A stretch of 64,000 nucleotides of DNA from Candidatus Bathyarchaeota archaeon (GTDB taxonomy: Archaea; Thermoproteota; Bathyarchaeia; Bathyarchaeales; Bathycorpusculaceae). Both the position numbers and the translations under genes were made by a program. The stretch is taken from assembly GCA_963780185.1 (NCBI GenBank), contig CAWABA010000006.1, positions 480,001-544,000 of the forward strand, in the 5' to 3' direction. Positions within the stretch are counted from its first letter, which is position 1. The number at the start of each line of letters is the position of its first letter. Positions 1 to 8,926 of this stretch are shown here, in pieces. The notes under the pieces are model-generated. The model made no database searches, was not told the DNA's origin, and worked only from the letters and a program-made list of their open reading frames with translations.

Positions 1-1221
1 CAGCAAATGGACGAATTCAATCGGCCACACATCATCACAAACGTCGTCAGTCAATATTTTCCGTTGATGATACATTGGAATCAAATCGTTCTTAAGCAGC
101 AAAATCAGCAGAAATTCATGGCCATAGGTTCTTTTAAAAAGGGCGTATTTGGTGGCTTGCCTTTTCGTCATTTCAAAATGGGGTTCAAGAATTATTTTTC
201 TTCCCTGAAGCTTACGCTCCAAAATGAAGTCAGGGGTGTACACTTCATTGTTAGGCAACGGGAAGCTGATGGTTTCGTAGCCGTAGGGAATATGCATTTT
301 CAGAAGAGTCAGGGCGGTTTTCTTTTCCCAACCGCTTTTGTAGCGACTCATTTTTGCGTAGTAAGCTTGGGATTGCCCAGTTATTTTTTGCATGCGTTCC
401 AGAAAATCAAGAGCCGTTTTCAAAGTGGTCCTATCAAGGGGCTTCTGCCGCAGCCATCTGCCCAGCAGGAAAAAGGGGTAATCAACTTTTGCTGGATCCT
501 GTGGGTAAAGCCGTTTTGCGAAGACAGTTATTTTCTGTCTTGCCACCGCAGCTGTCTGTTCGTCTCTCCACAGGGATGGGGAAGCGGTCTCGATTACTCT
601 CAGGCTCGCCGCCACGTTGGCGTTTTCCAATGTTAACGGGACGTAGAGGTCTTCGGGTAGGAGATGGTCGTAGATCTGCAGGTCGGGTGCGGGTCTAACC
701 ATCCAACGCATGTAAATCCACGCCTTGTCAATGTGTGGTCCGCTGAGGGCTTTCACGTTCTTGGCAATGTCCTCAACGAATTCGCCTGGCTTCCTAAACC
801 TTTGAGCGTATTTCAACAGGTTCCTCTCAGCGTTGATCTTCACAAACAAGTTGACGGAAGCTAAGATTTCGCCTGCTGCTTTCTTGTTCGGACCCAAATC
901 AGAGTAAAAATCTGATTTGACGATTTCTTCGTCGAAAATATGCCCCTTCTTAATCTCGAACAACGTGTTCCCGAATGCTTCATGCAGGTAGGAGAGCAGC
1001 ATGCGGGCGTTTTCAGGGTAACCCACCACGGTATCGTCAAGTATAGAGGCGATCAGCAGGAAGTAGTGGGCGATGATTTTTCTATCTTCATAGTTTTGCG
1101 AGTACGGGTTGAAAAGCAGCCGGGGGCTCATGCGTCGGTCCCATTGGACGTCGGCGGCGTCAGAGTTCTTGTTTATGAACTCCACCAGTAGCGAAAGCAC
1201 TTCATCGGTTGCCATATCCAT
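1..1221 (-). CDS. DUF2400/TIGR02757-like (HhH-GPD related) domain fused to a T7 endonuclease I-like PD-(D/E)xK nuclease domain; 3'-truncated by window edge
   Basis: Manual translation from ATG at 1221 stays open to position 1, so the ORF track did not list it. It contains WIYMRWMVRP...LYVPL...DPAKVDYPFFLLG (DUF2400-like), then YKSGWEKKTALTL...YGYE...YTPDFIL...IILEPH (endonuclease I-like). Confidence 0.8.
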   Translation of the reverse strand, partial: MDMATDEVLSLLVEFINKNSDAADVQWDRRMSPRLLFNPYSQNYEDRKIIAHYFLLIASILDDTVVGYPENARMLLSYLHEAFGNTLFEIKKGHIFDEEIVKSDFYSDLGPNKKAAGEILASVNLFVKINAERNLLKYAQRFRKPGEFVEDIAKNVKALSGPHIDKAWIYMRWMVRPAPDLQIYDHLLPEDLYVPLTLENANVAASLRVIETASPSLWRDEQTAAVARQKITVFAKRLYPQDPAKVDYPFFLLGRWLRQKPLDRTTLKTALDFLERMQKITGQSQAYYAKMSRYKSGWEKKTALTLLKMHIPYGYETISFPLPNNEVYTPDFILERKLQGRKIILEPHFEMTKRQATKYALFKRTYGHEFLLILLLKNDLIPMYHQRKILTDDVCDDVWPIEFVHLL

Positions 1222-1425
1222 ACCCAGCAATGCATATACACGTCAGTAACTTAAAACCCCTATGTTGCAAACCGCGAAAATTACCAAAAAACATACAAAA
1301 AGCACTTTTGACCGCCAAGCCGCAGGAAATAGATTAATAGAGGCAAGAAATCCCAATATGCAACGCATCAAAGAAGACGAAGTGCCTATATAGGGAAACA
1401 CCGTAAAAAGATAAGCACGCAGTGT

Positions 1426-1503
1426 GGGCCGGTCGTCTAGCCTGGTTAGGACATCTGCTTGACGTGCAGAAGGTCGCCGGTCCGAATCCGGTCCGGCCCA
1501 CCA
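1426..1503 (+). tRNA. tRNA-Val(GAC), CCA encoded
   Basis: Acceptor stem GGGCCGG/CCGGCCC-A-CCA; anticodon arm TCTGC-TTGACGT-GCAGA; the T-loop reads TCCGAAT. Confidence 0.95.
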
Positions 1504-1550
1504 TCCAATCAATCCCACAAAGCCATTTCTTTTCGTTAGAGGTTGTATCT

Positions 1551-1688
1551 TCATAGGTCGGTTTGGGAGCCGCATTGCGGGGTTACAAAATAAAAGATTT
1601 CGCCACATTTGCTGCAGAGGCGTTCCTGGTTGTTTTTCTTCTCTATCTCCTTAGAGCCGCATTTAGGGCAGCGCACCTCAACCGACAT
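1551..1688 (-). CDS. Small CPxCG zinc-ribbon protein (45 aa)
   Basis: MSVEVRCPKCGSKEIEKKNNQERLCSKCGEIFYFVTPQCGSQTDL has two CxxCG knuckles; it is below the ORF-track cutoff. Confidence 0.75.
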   Translation of the reverse strand: MSVEVRCPKCGSKEIEKKNNQERLCSKCGEIFYFVTPQCGSQTDL

Positions 1689-1854
1689 GTTTTTCCCCAC
1701 TGGATTAGCAAAAGCTTGACTATTAAAACACGTCGTCTCTGATTACTGTTTCAAAAATTGCCGAATAAATTGTTAGAAAAATCCTCGCTCAGGCTGAAAC
1801 ATTCGAATTAATGGTTCAAACCCAACGGTCCATTTCATCCAGCAAGTTGTTTTC

Positions 1855-2217
1855 TTATTGAGCTCTTTGCTTTGCTTGCGGAATCAACTCATTCAGCTTA
1901 CTAACCAGCTTCTCAGCTTCTTCTGTTCGAAGCGGAATATTTACATCTACGTCGCGCAATGCTATTTTGACTTCCCCAATTTTTTCCATTTTCACAGAAT
2001 TAATGTTAGATAAGCGAATATGCAAAGGCACAAAGACGCTCAAGATACGACCGAAGGTTTCCCTCAGACCCGGAGTGTTTTCAAGTGCTTCCTCGAGTTC
2101 GTTTTTCACGTTTCCTCTCACGTCTATCTTCAACAGATCGTTGGTGACCCTAATAATAAAATTTGGATGATCAATCTCCAAAACCAAATCTGTTTCTGAC
2201 ATTTTTAACCTCTTCAA
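1855..2217 (-). CDS. Hypothetical protein (ATG at 2202 may be the true start)
   Basis: 120-aa ORF with protein-like composition; no family recognised. Confidence 0.7.
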   Translation of the reverse strand: MKRLKMSETDLVLEIDHPNFIIRVTNDLLKIDVRGNVKNELEEALENTPGLRETFGRILSVFVPLHIRLSNINSVKMEKIGEVKIALRDVDVNIPLRTEEAEKLVSKLNELIPQAKQRAQ

Positions 2218-2520
2218 TTCTCGTTACTACTAAAAACATGGAAATAAACTTTCACTCGCGAAAACGGAGAGCGCTACTTCTACAGCACATGCTTAAAATT
2301 TAGTTAAATTCAGTCAACAAAAAATGTACCGCGCACTTTCTTGAGCTTTAAATAGAATGACTGTCGAGCTCTCGGTTTGCATGCCATGGGACTTCGATTT
2401 GTCAGGTATATGATGGCAAGTCTAGCCGAGGATTAAACTCTTTTATGAAAACGCCATTTTTTCAGTTCATTAATCACGCTAATATATGTTAGCATACCAT
2501 TATGATTACAGGGCGATTTT

Positions 2521-3390
2521 TTGGAGAGACAGATTAAGAAAATTTTGAACCGTCAGCTAACTCTTGAGGGCGCAGGAGTTAACTTAAAAAGAGTTTTGGG
2601 CAACGATGATGGCTCTACACTTGACCCTTTCTTGCTTTTAGACCACTTTGGATCAGACAACCCGGAAGATTACATCAAAGGTTTTCCTTGGCACCCTCAT
2701 AGAGGAATGGAAACGGTCACTTACATGTGGGCAGGTGAAGTTGAACACGGCGACAGCATGGGCAACAAGGGCGTAATCAAATCCGGAGACATACAATGGA
2801 TGACTGCGGGTTCAGGCATAATTCATCAGGAAATGCCGCAGAAATATAACGGTTTGATGCAAGGCTTCCAACTGTGGGTAAACTTGCCCTCAAAGAAAAA
2901 GATGGTTGATCCAAAATATCGAGGAATACTAAAAGAACAAATCCCGATGGTCCAGAAAGATGGCATGAAGATTAGAGTCATAGCAGGAAAGGCAGATGGA
3001 ATACAAGGACCAGTTCGTGACTTAGCAATTGATATAGAGTATTTTGATGTAGAGTTAGCCTCAGAAAAAACATTTGAACATTCAACAGCCAAGCATGATA
3101 CGGTATTTGCTTATATTGTCAAGGGCGCTGTTGAGGTTCAAGGCAAAACCATAACGCAGGGGCAGTGCGTAGTCTTTGGCGAAGGTGATTCTATCAAAAT
3201 GCTCTCAAAAAAGGGCGGTCGCTTTCTTTTTGTGTCGGGTAAACCGTTGAATGAGCCTGTGGCTTGGAGAGGTCCTATAGTAATGAATACTGAAGAAGAA
3301 TTAGACAGGGCTTTCGAAGATCTTGACAATGGCACTTTTATCAAAACAAAAAGTTCTTTAAACCCTAAGCAAAAAATTGACGTGATGTAG
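2521..3390 (+). CDS. Pirin family protein
   Basis: DPFLLLDHF, GFPWHPHRGMETVTY, WMTAGSGIIHQE, FQLWVNLP and GPIVMNT motifs. Confidence 0.96.
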   Translation: MERQIKKILNRQLTLEGAGVNLKRVLGNDDGSTLDPFLLLDHFGSDNPEDYIKGFPWHPHRGMETVTYMWAGEVEHGDSMGNKGVIKSGDIQWMTAGSGIIHQEMPQKYNGLMQGFQLWVNLPSKKKMVDPKYRGILKEQIPMVQKDGMKIRVIAGKADGIQGPVRDLAIDIEYFDVELASEKTFEHSTAKHDTVFAYIVKGAVEVQGKTITQGQCVVFGEGDSIKMLSKKGGRFLFVSGKPLNEPVAWRGPIVMNTEEELDRAFEDLDNGTFIKTKSSLNPKQKIDVM

Positions 3391-3392
3391 AT

Positions 3393-3731
3393 ATGAGTGC
3401 AAGAAAGAAAATACCAGTTGAAAACAAAAAGAAAAGCACTTTTCATGATAGTATAGATAACAAGGAAAAAGCGGTTGTTCTGTTCTATGCAACTTGGTGC
3501 CCGTTTTCCCAGCGATTCTTACCAGTCTTTGAAGAGTATTCAAAGAGCAATCCGAAAGAGTGCCTAAGCGTAATTGTCGATGAAGAGCCTGATGTCTGCG
3601 AAGAATACGCGATAGAATACTACCCGACAGTGATAATGTTCAAGAAAGGAAAAGTGCACAAGCGCCTAGACGCAGAGCCACATGTTGGCCTAAACAAAAA
3701 ACAGCTTAAAGACCTTACTGAGAAACAGTAA
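3393..3731 (+). CDS. Thioredoxin-family protein (CxxS)
   Basis: FYATWCPFS active-site motif and YYPT cis-Pro loop. Confidence 0.88.
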   Translation: MSARKKIPVENKKKSTFHDSIDNKEKAVVLFYATWCPFSQRFLPVFEEYSKSNPKECLSVIVDEEPDVCEEYAIEYYPTVIMFKKGKVHKRLDAEPHVGLNKKQLKDLTEKQ

Positions 3732-4188
3732 GAGCCATAAGCGTTTCATTTTTTTATTTCGAGGATTCGTCGCCGTCATTGAAGCCTTCATCTATGTAAT
3801 CGTAGATGACTAAGAAGCATTCATATTCGCACCCAACAAAAAAAAGATAAGTCGAAAAGTATAGGGGACAATGAAAATTCCTGAACTGCCACTAATGCAG
3901 CGAATTTTATTCGAAAGAGTCGTTCAGCAAAACACCACAAGGGTATAATAAACTCTACAAAAAATTTTGGCGATAAGGTTGTTTTTAAGAGCCCTGCTTA
4001 TATACAAAATCACTGCCCTCTCCATGCCTCACTTTCAAACGCCACGGAACACATACAGACAAGCACACAGACTCTTTAAAGAGAAACATAAAAACGACTC
4101 ACTCTCAACCTCAAAGTTTAACCTAATAATTCAATCACTCTTTTATTTTCGCATCCGCTACGACAGTTCTTAAGCGAGTTGAATTAAT

Positions 4189-4839
4189 TTGGGTAATCGT
4201 TTCGTTGACAGATGGAGAAAGAAAGAAGAACAGCCTACGCTTGTAGAGAAAGTTAAAAGTGTAGTTAAACCACAGGAAAACCTCAAAGAACAAATCGGCA
4301 TGGTCATTCAACGCATCGATGTTCAAACTAGAACTTTGGACGGCGCGGTGCAGAGGTTTCAAAGCCGAGACCAAGAAGTCTTCAACCGCGTGGTAAGAGC
4401 ATTCTCAGAGAGAGACGAAGCAAGAGCCAACATTTTAGCCACTGAACTCGCGGAAATACGCAAAATCGAGAAAATGCTATCCCACGCCTCCCTCGCCATG
4501 CAAAGCGTATCCATGCGTCTGAACACGGTTTCAGAAATGGGCGACCTCGTCGCAGTGCTTAGCCCAGCGAAATCCGTCATAAACAGTGTCCGAACGGGAA
4601 TGTGCGATATCCTGCCGGAGGCAAGCTCAGAGCTTGGAAACATCGGAAACTTGCTCAACGACATAGTCGGCTCCACCTGCCAAACCGCAGACATACCTAT
4701 GAACACAACAAGAATGGACCCCGAAGCGGAAGCCATCCTAAAAGAGGCAGAAATGGTCACGGAAAGAAAACTCAAGGAGCAATTCCCCGAAGCAGGAGCA
4801 GACAATTCAACAGAGCGGCTGGCAAGCTTAGAGGCTTAA
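4189..4839 (+). CDS. cdvB: ESCRT-III / Snf7 family protein (CdvB paralog)
   Basis: RANILATELAEIRKIEKML...RLNTVSEMGDL...LSPA and C-terminal EAEAILKEA...LKEQFP, typical of TACK CdvB proteins. Confidence 0.88.
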   Translation: MGNRFVDRWRKKEEQPTLVEKVKSVVKPQENLKEQIGMVIQRIDVQTRTLDGAVQRFQSRDQEVFNRVVRAFSERDEARANILATELAEIRKIEKMLSHASLAMQSVSMRLNTVSEMGDLVAVLSPAKSVINSVRTGMCDILPEASSELGNIGNLLNDIVGSTCQTADIPMNTTRMDPEAEAILKEAEMVTERKLKEQFPEAGADNSTERLASLEA

Positions 4840-4888
4840 CGGCTCTCTCTGCACTTCTTTTTTTTGCGGAAGATAAGAAAAACTGGTT

Positions 4889-5218
4889 TTAAGCGATCCT
4901 TACAATTGTCCTTTTCTTGGCAACGCCCATTTTATCTGTTATTTCTTGAAACACGAAATAGTTGTCTTCCATAGGCTGGGAGAGAAAATACACTGTGGAG
5001 TAGTGGGTTCCAACGGGGATGACGAGTTTGTTTTTTTCCAGAATTGTGAGGTGATGTCTTATTGTTTTGTAGTCGACTTTGAGCTGTGTGGCGAGTTGGT
5101 TTGCGTTTCGGGGGTTGTCTTTGACGCTTTTTATTATTTTTGCGCGGGTCTTGCCGCCTTTTGTTCCTGTGATTAGCCATCCGAGTAACTGTTTTAGGGG
5201 GTGATCATTGGTTATCAT
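4889..5218 (-). CDS. ArsR-like winged-helix transcriptional regulator
   Basis: WLITGTKGGKTRAKII...PRNANQLATQLKVDYKTIRHHL, an archaeal wHTH signature. Confidence 0.88.
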   Translation of the reverse strand: MITNDHPLKQLLGWLITGTKGGKTRAKIIKSVKDNPRNANQLATQLKVDYKTIRHHLTILEKNKLVIPVGTHYSTVYFLSQPMEDNYFVFQEITDKMGVAKKRTIVRIA

Positions 5219-5253
5219 TTTGGTTTACCTGCAATGTTACCAATATACACTGC

Positions 5254-5270
5254 TACTATTTAAGGTAGTA
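5254..5270. promoter_or_regulatory. Putative BlaI-family operator TACTAT-N5-GTAGTA over the wHTH gene promoter
   Basis: Inverted repeat with one mismatch to the site at 5428; it overlaps a TATA-like TTAAATA on the minus strand. Confidence 0.6.
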
Positions 5271-5427
5271 GCTGCTATCATACTTAACAACCACCACTCA
5301 CCCTAGCAGCTACACCAGCCGCTATTCGACTTCAAGCAGAAAAGCGCCAAAAAACTGCGGCAAGCCTTTCCCCAGCGCATTTTTTGAAAATAGGAGAAGG
5401 GTGGAAGTTGGGAAAAACTTAAAGAGC

Positions 5428-5444
5428 TACTACGAATGGTAGTA
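5428..5444. promoter_or_regulatory. Putative BlaI-family autoregulatory operator TACTAC-N5-GTAGTA
   Basis: Perfect 6-5-6 palindrome between a TATA-like CTTAAA and the ATG at 5460. Confidence 0.7.
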
Positions 5445-5459
5445 ATCTGGTTGCAGGCT

Positions 5460-5909
5460 ATGACTGAAGACAAAAAACCCGAATTCTCACAGTACAACAT
5501 AGAAGGCAAAGCACTAGAAGCCTTTCTAGGCCCGTTGGAAGCCAACGTTATGGAGTCTATATGGGGCTCACGAAAAACGCCGGTTACAGTAAGAGAGATC
5601 TACGAGGCGCTAAAGAAAACCAGGGGCTTAGCTTACACAACCGTCATGTCTACGATGGATAGGCTGTTTGAGAAGCATCTTTTAGACCGCAAAATAGAGA
5701 AGGGCAGAGGCGGCTTGTATTATGTGTATTGGCCTTCGCTTGAGAAGCAGTCGTTTCAGAAATCCGCTGTTCGCGAGGTCCTGTCCAGCCTTATTGATAA
5801 CTTTGGCGATGTGGTGGCTAACTGTTTAGTCGACGAAACCAGCCTGAACGAAGAAGAACGCAGCGTCCTCAAAGACCAACTGAACAGGAACATAACGAAA
5901 AAGAAATAG
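5460..5909 (+). CDS. BlaI/MecI/CopY family transcriptional repressor
   Basis: LGPLEANVMESIW...VTVREIYEAL...LAYTTVMSTMDRLFEKHLL; start moved from 5436 to the ATG at 5460. Confidence 0.92.
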   Translation: MTEDKKPEFSQYNIEGKALEAFLGPLEANVMESIWGSRKTPVTVREIYEALKKTRGLAYTTVMSTMDRLFEKHLLDRKIEKGRGGLYYVYWPSLEKQSFQKSAVREVLSSLIDNFGDVVANCLVDETSLNEEERSVLKDQLNRNITKKK

Positions 5910-5928
5910 GTTTGGAAGTGTGCTTTGA

Positions 5929-7341
5929 ATGGGTTTTGAAGGCATCCTGAACCAGATTTTTCAACCATACTTCTACTACTCAGTCATATTCCTGGTTGTT
6001 TCGTTTGCATGCGTCAAAATCCTCACCAAATACTGCAGCTTCATAGGCCAAAGAACAAAAAGCCTACTGTACATTTTCCCCTTAGCGCTGCCCATCGCAG
6101 TTATGCTTGTCGCTTTCCCATCCACAGTCATTCAAACAAGCATCCAGCAAATCAAAACCATGCCTTCAGCCGCAGCAGGTTCATTTCCGTTTGGACCTTT
6201 CGCGCCGCCCACACAAGTAGTAACAACAACCAGCACCGTGCTTTCGGTTACAGGCGTAATTTGCTACATCGGGTTGATTGCAGGCGCCTTGTTCGCGTTT
6301 TCGATGGTTCTTGCCGATGACAGGTTAGCGAGAAAGGTTCTGCATGTAATTCTGCTGTCTCCAGAAGAGCATCAGTGGCTGCAGGCAAAGGTGAGTGAAT
6401 TCTCTAAAAAACTATCTATCTCTGCCCCAAAAATCGGAGTTGTAGAAGACCTTCGTCCAAACGCGTTCACGATTGGGTACGGTCGAAGGGCTACAATCGT
6501 TTTCTCTATCGGGCTGCTTAACATTTTAAACAAGGATGAAGTTGTCGCGGTGGCTTCTCACGAGTTGGCGCATGTTAAAAACAATGATTTCTTCTTCAAA
6601 ACCATTTCTAACGCTTTGACAACCGTTTCCTTTTTCAACCCGCTTGCGTACGTTTCGGCTTCAACCGCTCAAAGGGAAAGGGAAATGCTTGCTGACGAAC
6701 GCGCAGTCGCACTTCTTGAAAAACCGTCAGCTTTGGCAGATGCGCTTGTTAAAATTTGCAAAGCAATCCAAAACTTACCTAAAGAAAGCATGCTGGTCAA
6801 CTTCTCATCAAATCTTCTAATCACATCTTCAGTTCTGCACAGAGTCGGAATCCTTGCAACACACCCGAGACTGGACACGAGGCTAAGACACATCTCTGCG
6901 CCCAAACCAAGCAGCAGCCGATGGAACCGCCGAAACACCCATTTGGCGCTCGTCCTGTCATTTCTGCTGATTTTTTCCGCGGTGGGAATAAGCTTGGCAA
7001 TGGTAGATTTGCAGGTGAATTTCACAGCGAACTTCACTGCTTCACAGTACCTGCCGACGTTTCCAAGCAACTTTCAGGTGACAAGCTACCAAATGGGTCC
7101 AAGCAACTACACGCAGTTCTCGGGCGCGTTTACCTTCAACAACACGCAAAGCATTCACTTGCTGATTTACATCCCGAACTTCCCCCCAAATTTCAGAAAT
7201 AACGCGGAAATGGGTTACAATACGGCTTTCAACGCGCAAGTAATCCCAGTTGGAGGATTCTTCGTGTTTTATCACCCGAATTCGTCCTACACGCAAATGC
7301 AGGCACCCATAAGTTTGCCTGGCCCTGTAGGAATGGGGTAG
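5929..7341 (+). CDS. Membrane zinc metallopeptidase M56/M48 (BlaR1/HtpX-like) with extracellular C-terminal region
   Basis: N-terminal TM helices, PNAFTIG, HELAH, REMLADE and THP motifs; a further TM helix then an Asn/Thr-rich tail. Confidence 0.88.
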   Translation: MGFEGILNQIFQPYFYYSVIFLVVSFACVKILTKYCSFIGQRTKSLLYIFPLALPIAVMLVAFPSTVIQTSIQQIKTMPSAAAGSFPFGPFAPPTQVVTTTSTVLSVTGVICYIGLIAGALFAFSMVLADDRLARKVLHVILLSPEEHQWLQAKVSEFSKKLSISAPKIGVVEDLRPNAFTIGYGRRATIVFSIGLLNILNKDEVVAVASHELAHVKNNDFFFKTISNALTTVSFFNPLAYVSASTAQREREMLADERAVALLEKPSALADALVKICKAIQNLPKESMLVNFSSNLLITSSVLHRVGILATHPRLDTRLRHISAPKPSSSRWNRRNTHLALVLSFLLIFSAVGISLAMVDLQVNFTANFTASQYLPTFPSNFQVTSYQMGPSNYTQFSGAFTFNNTQSIHLLIYIPNFPPNFRNNAEMGYNTAFNAQVIPVGGFFVFYHPNSSYTQMQAPISLPGPVGMG

Positions 7342-7599
7342 TTCGGTCGGCTATGCAGTTAACTCGTCATTTTTGTGACGGCTTCTGCCCACAAATAATA
7401 GACCACGCCCGGGCGTGTTTTCTTTTTCGTACCCAGTCACTCTACGGTTTTCTAGATGAACCAAATAGCCACATCTAGATAAGCCAAATAGGCAATCAAG
7501 CAAGCAAATCGCGGGGGCGGGGATGCAAATAGTGTGCATGTTTTTCTGAGACATACAAGCGCTAATGTTGTGTTAAGCTGCATCTACTTTCGATGAACC

Positions 7600-8133
7600 T
7601 TGACCCAAGAAGCAGCTACAGTTAAGATAGAGCCTACGGCACCCTACATCCCGCAACAGCCTAAGCAGACGGAGCGAAAAAAGCAAGTGTCGATTCAGGA
7701 GCTCGTTGAATCCCTAAAAAGCACCGCAGATGACATTGGACAAATAAGCGAATTGAGTTCGGAAGAAAAAATATTAGTAACTCAATTTTTTTCTTCTCTC
7801 CTTAAATTGATGCAGCCTCTATCTCCCACAATAGTCGTTGATCAATTAGCGCTTCCAGCTCAACTTGGCGACGTTGTCCAAGCTCATCTGGACCCCACCG
7901 GGCACCTAGTTTTGCAGTACGAAGACGACCACGTAGAGCTTAAGGACCTTCGTGAAGAAAAAAACCGTGAAATCCTAACCGCAGTCATAGAAGACGCCAT
8001 GCCGAAATTCAAAGGATTAGCAAGCATGCAAAAACGCAAACTTGAAAACCGAATCAAGCTGCTGTCAAGCGTGACAAAAGAAATACAGAAAAGTGCCGAG
8101 GCTCTATCCGCCGCGCTTTCCGCCGGCAAATAG
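7600..8133 (+). CDS. Hypothetical coiled-coil protein
   Basis: 177-aa ORF with helical heptads; no family recognised. Confidence 0.75.
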   Translation: MTQEAATVKIEPTAPYIPQQPKQTERKKQVSIQELVESLKSTADDIGQISELSSEEKILVTQFFSSLLKLMQPLSPTIVVDQLALPAQLGDVVQAHLDPTGHLVLQYEDDHVELKDLREEKNREILTAVIEDAMPKFKGLASMQKRKLENRIKLLSSVTKEIQKSAEALSAALSAGK

Positions 8134-8139
8134 GCCTTC

Positions 8140-8926
8140 TTATTTTGAGCGAAGATATTTGGCTGTGAAGCCTGTTCCGTCGGCTGAAAGATTAGAAACT
8201 GAAACAAGCTGGGAATTGACGGCGTTGGTCATTTCTATTCTTGAGAAATAAAATGCCTTTATTGCTCCTGATTTGGTGTTTGCGGTCAGATGGCATCCTG
8301 TGAGGGTGGCGTTTGTAAAATTCGCCACGACGGTGAGTTTGCCGCCTACTGTTGGCCGCTCAAGTATCCATTCGCCTGAAGAACGCGTTGAGTTGTAGAT
8401 GACTGTTGTGCCGAAGTATTGTCCAGTTGTTGAATCGCTCAGCTCAATGTTCCAGCGGTTTGCAGAAGAATCAACTAGACGCAGAGAAGCAACCACTATG
8501 TCGCCGGGAGAAACAGCTATCGTATCCATTCTTACGGCGTAGTTAGGCAGCAGTTCATACCAAGCATAGTAGGTTTGTTGCCCGCCAATCGCATCCTGCT
8601 CTGTTCCTTCCTGAATCAACGTGTCATCCAAGCTGTCCGCCGACCCCGATCCACACAGATGAATGTTCATCAGTTGCCGAAGATGCAACATTTGGAACTG
8701 TCCAGGAAGCGTTTATGGTGTTGATTTGAATTTTCGCGTTGGCATCTTTGGAAACAATGTATCCAGCCCAGCTTTCGCTTGAAACGCTTTCGCCTTGTGG
8801 GTTATTGGCAAAAACTGACAGCAGAACCGATAGAAAAGACAGGGACAGCACTAACAGTATGACCCAGACGACAACAAGCAGCACCGCACGTTTAGTAAAC
8901 CTTCTCTTTTCCGCCACATAGTTCAC
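8140..8926 (-). CDS. G1 family glutamic endopeptidase (scytalidopepsin-like), membrane-anchored; frameshift near 8635
   Basis: Two ORFs join: SESWAGY, ASWTVP, SVWIGVGG / LIQEGT, YYAWYELLP, GEWILERP. Catalytic Q and E are present. Confidence 0.88.

Noticed and set aside
7-1191. Plus-strand ORFs 7-636, 354-698, 664-864 and 940-1191
   Set aside because: They are antisense shadows of the minus-strand DUF2400-nuclease gene.
1243-1608. ORFs overlapping tRNAs or the att site (also 22973-23370, 33971-34204, 60942-61241)
   Set aside because: They are translations across tRNA sequence. No R-H-R-Y integrase motifs are present, so a split SSV-type integrase is not supported.
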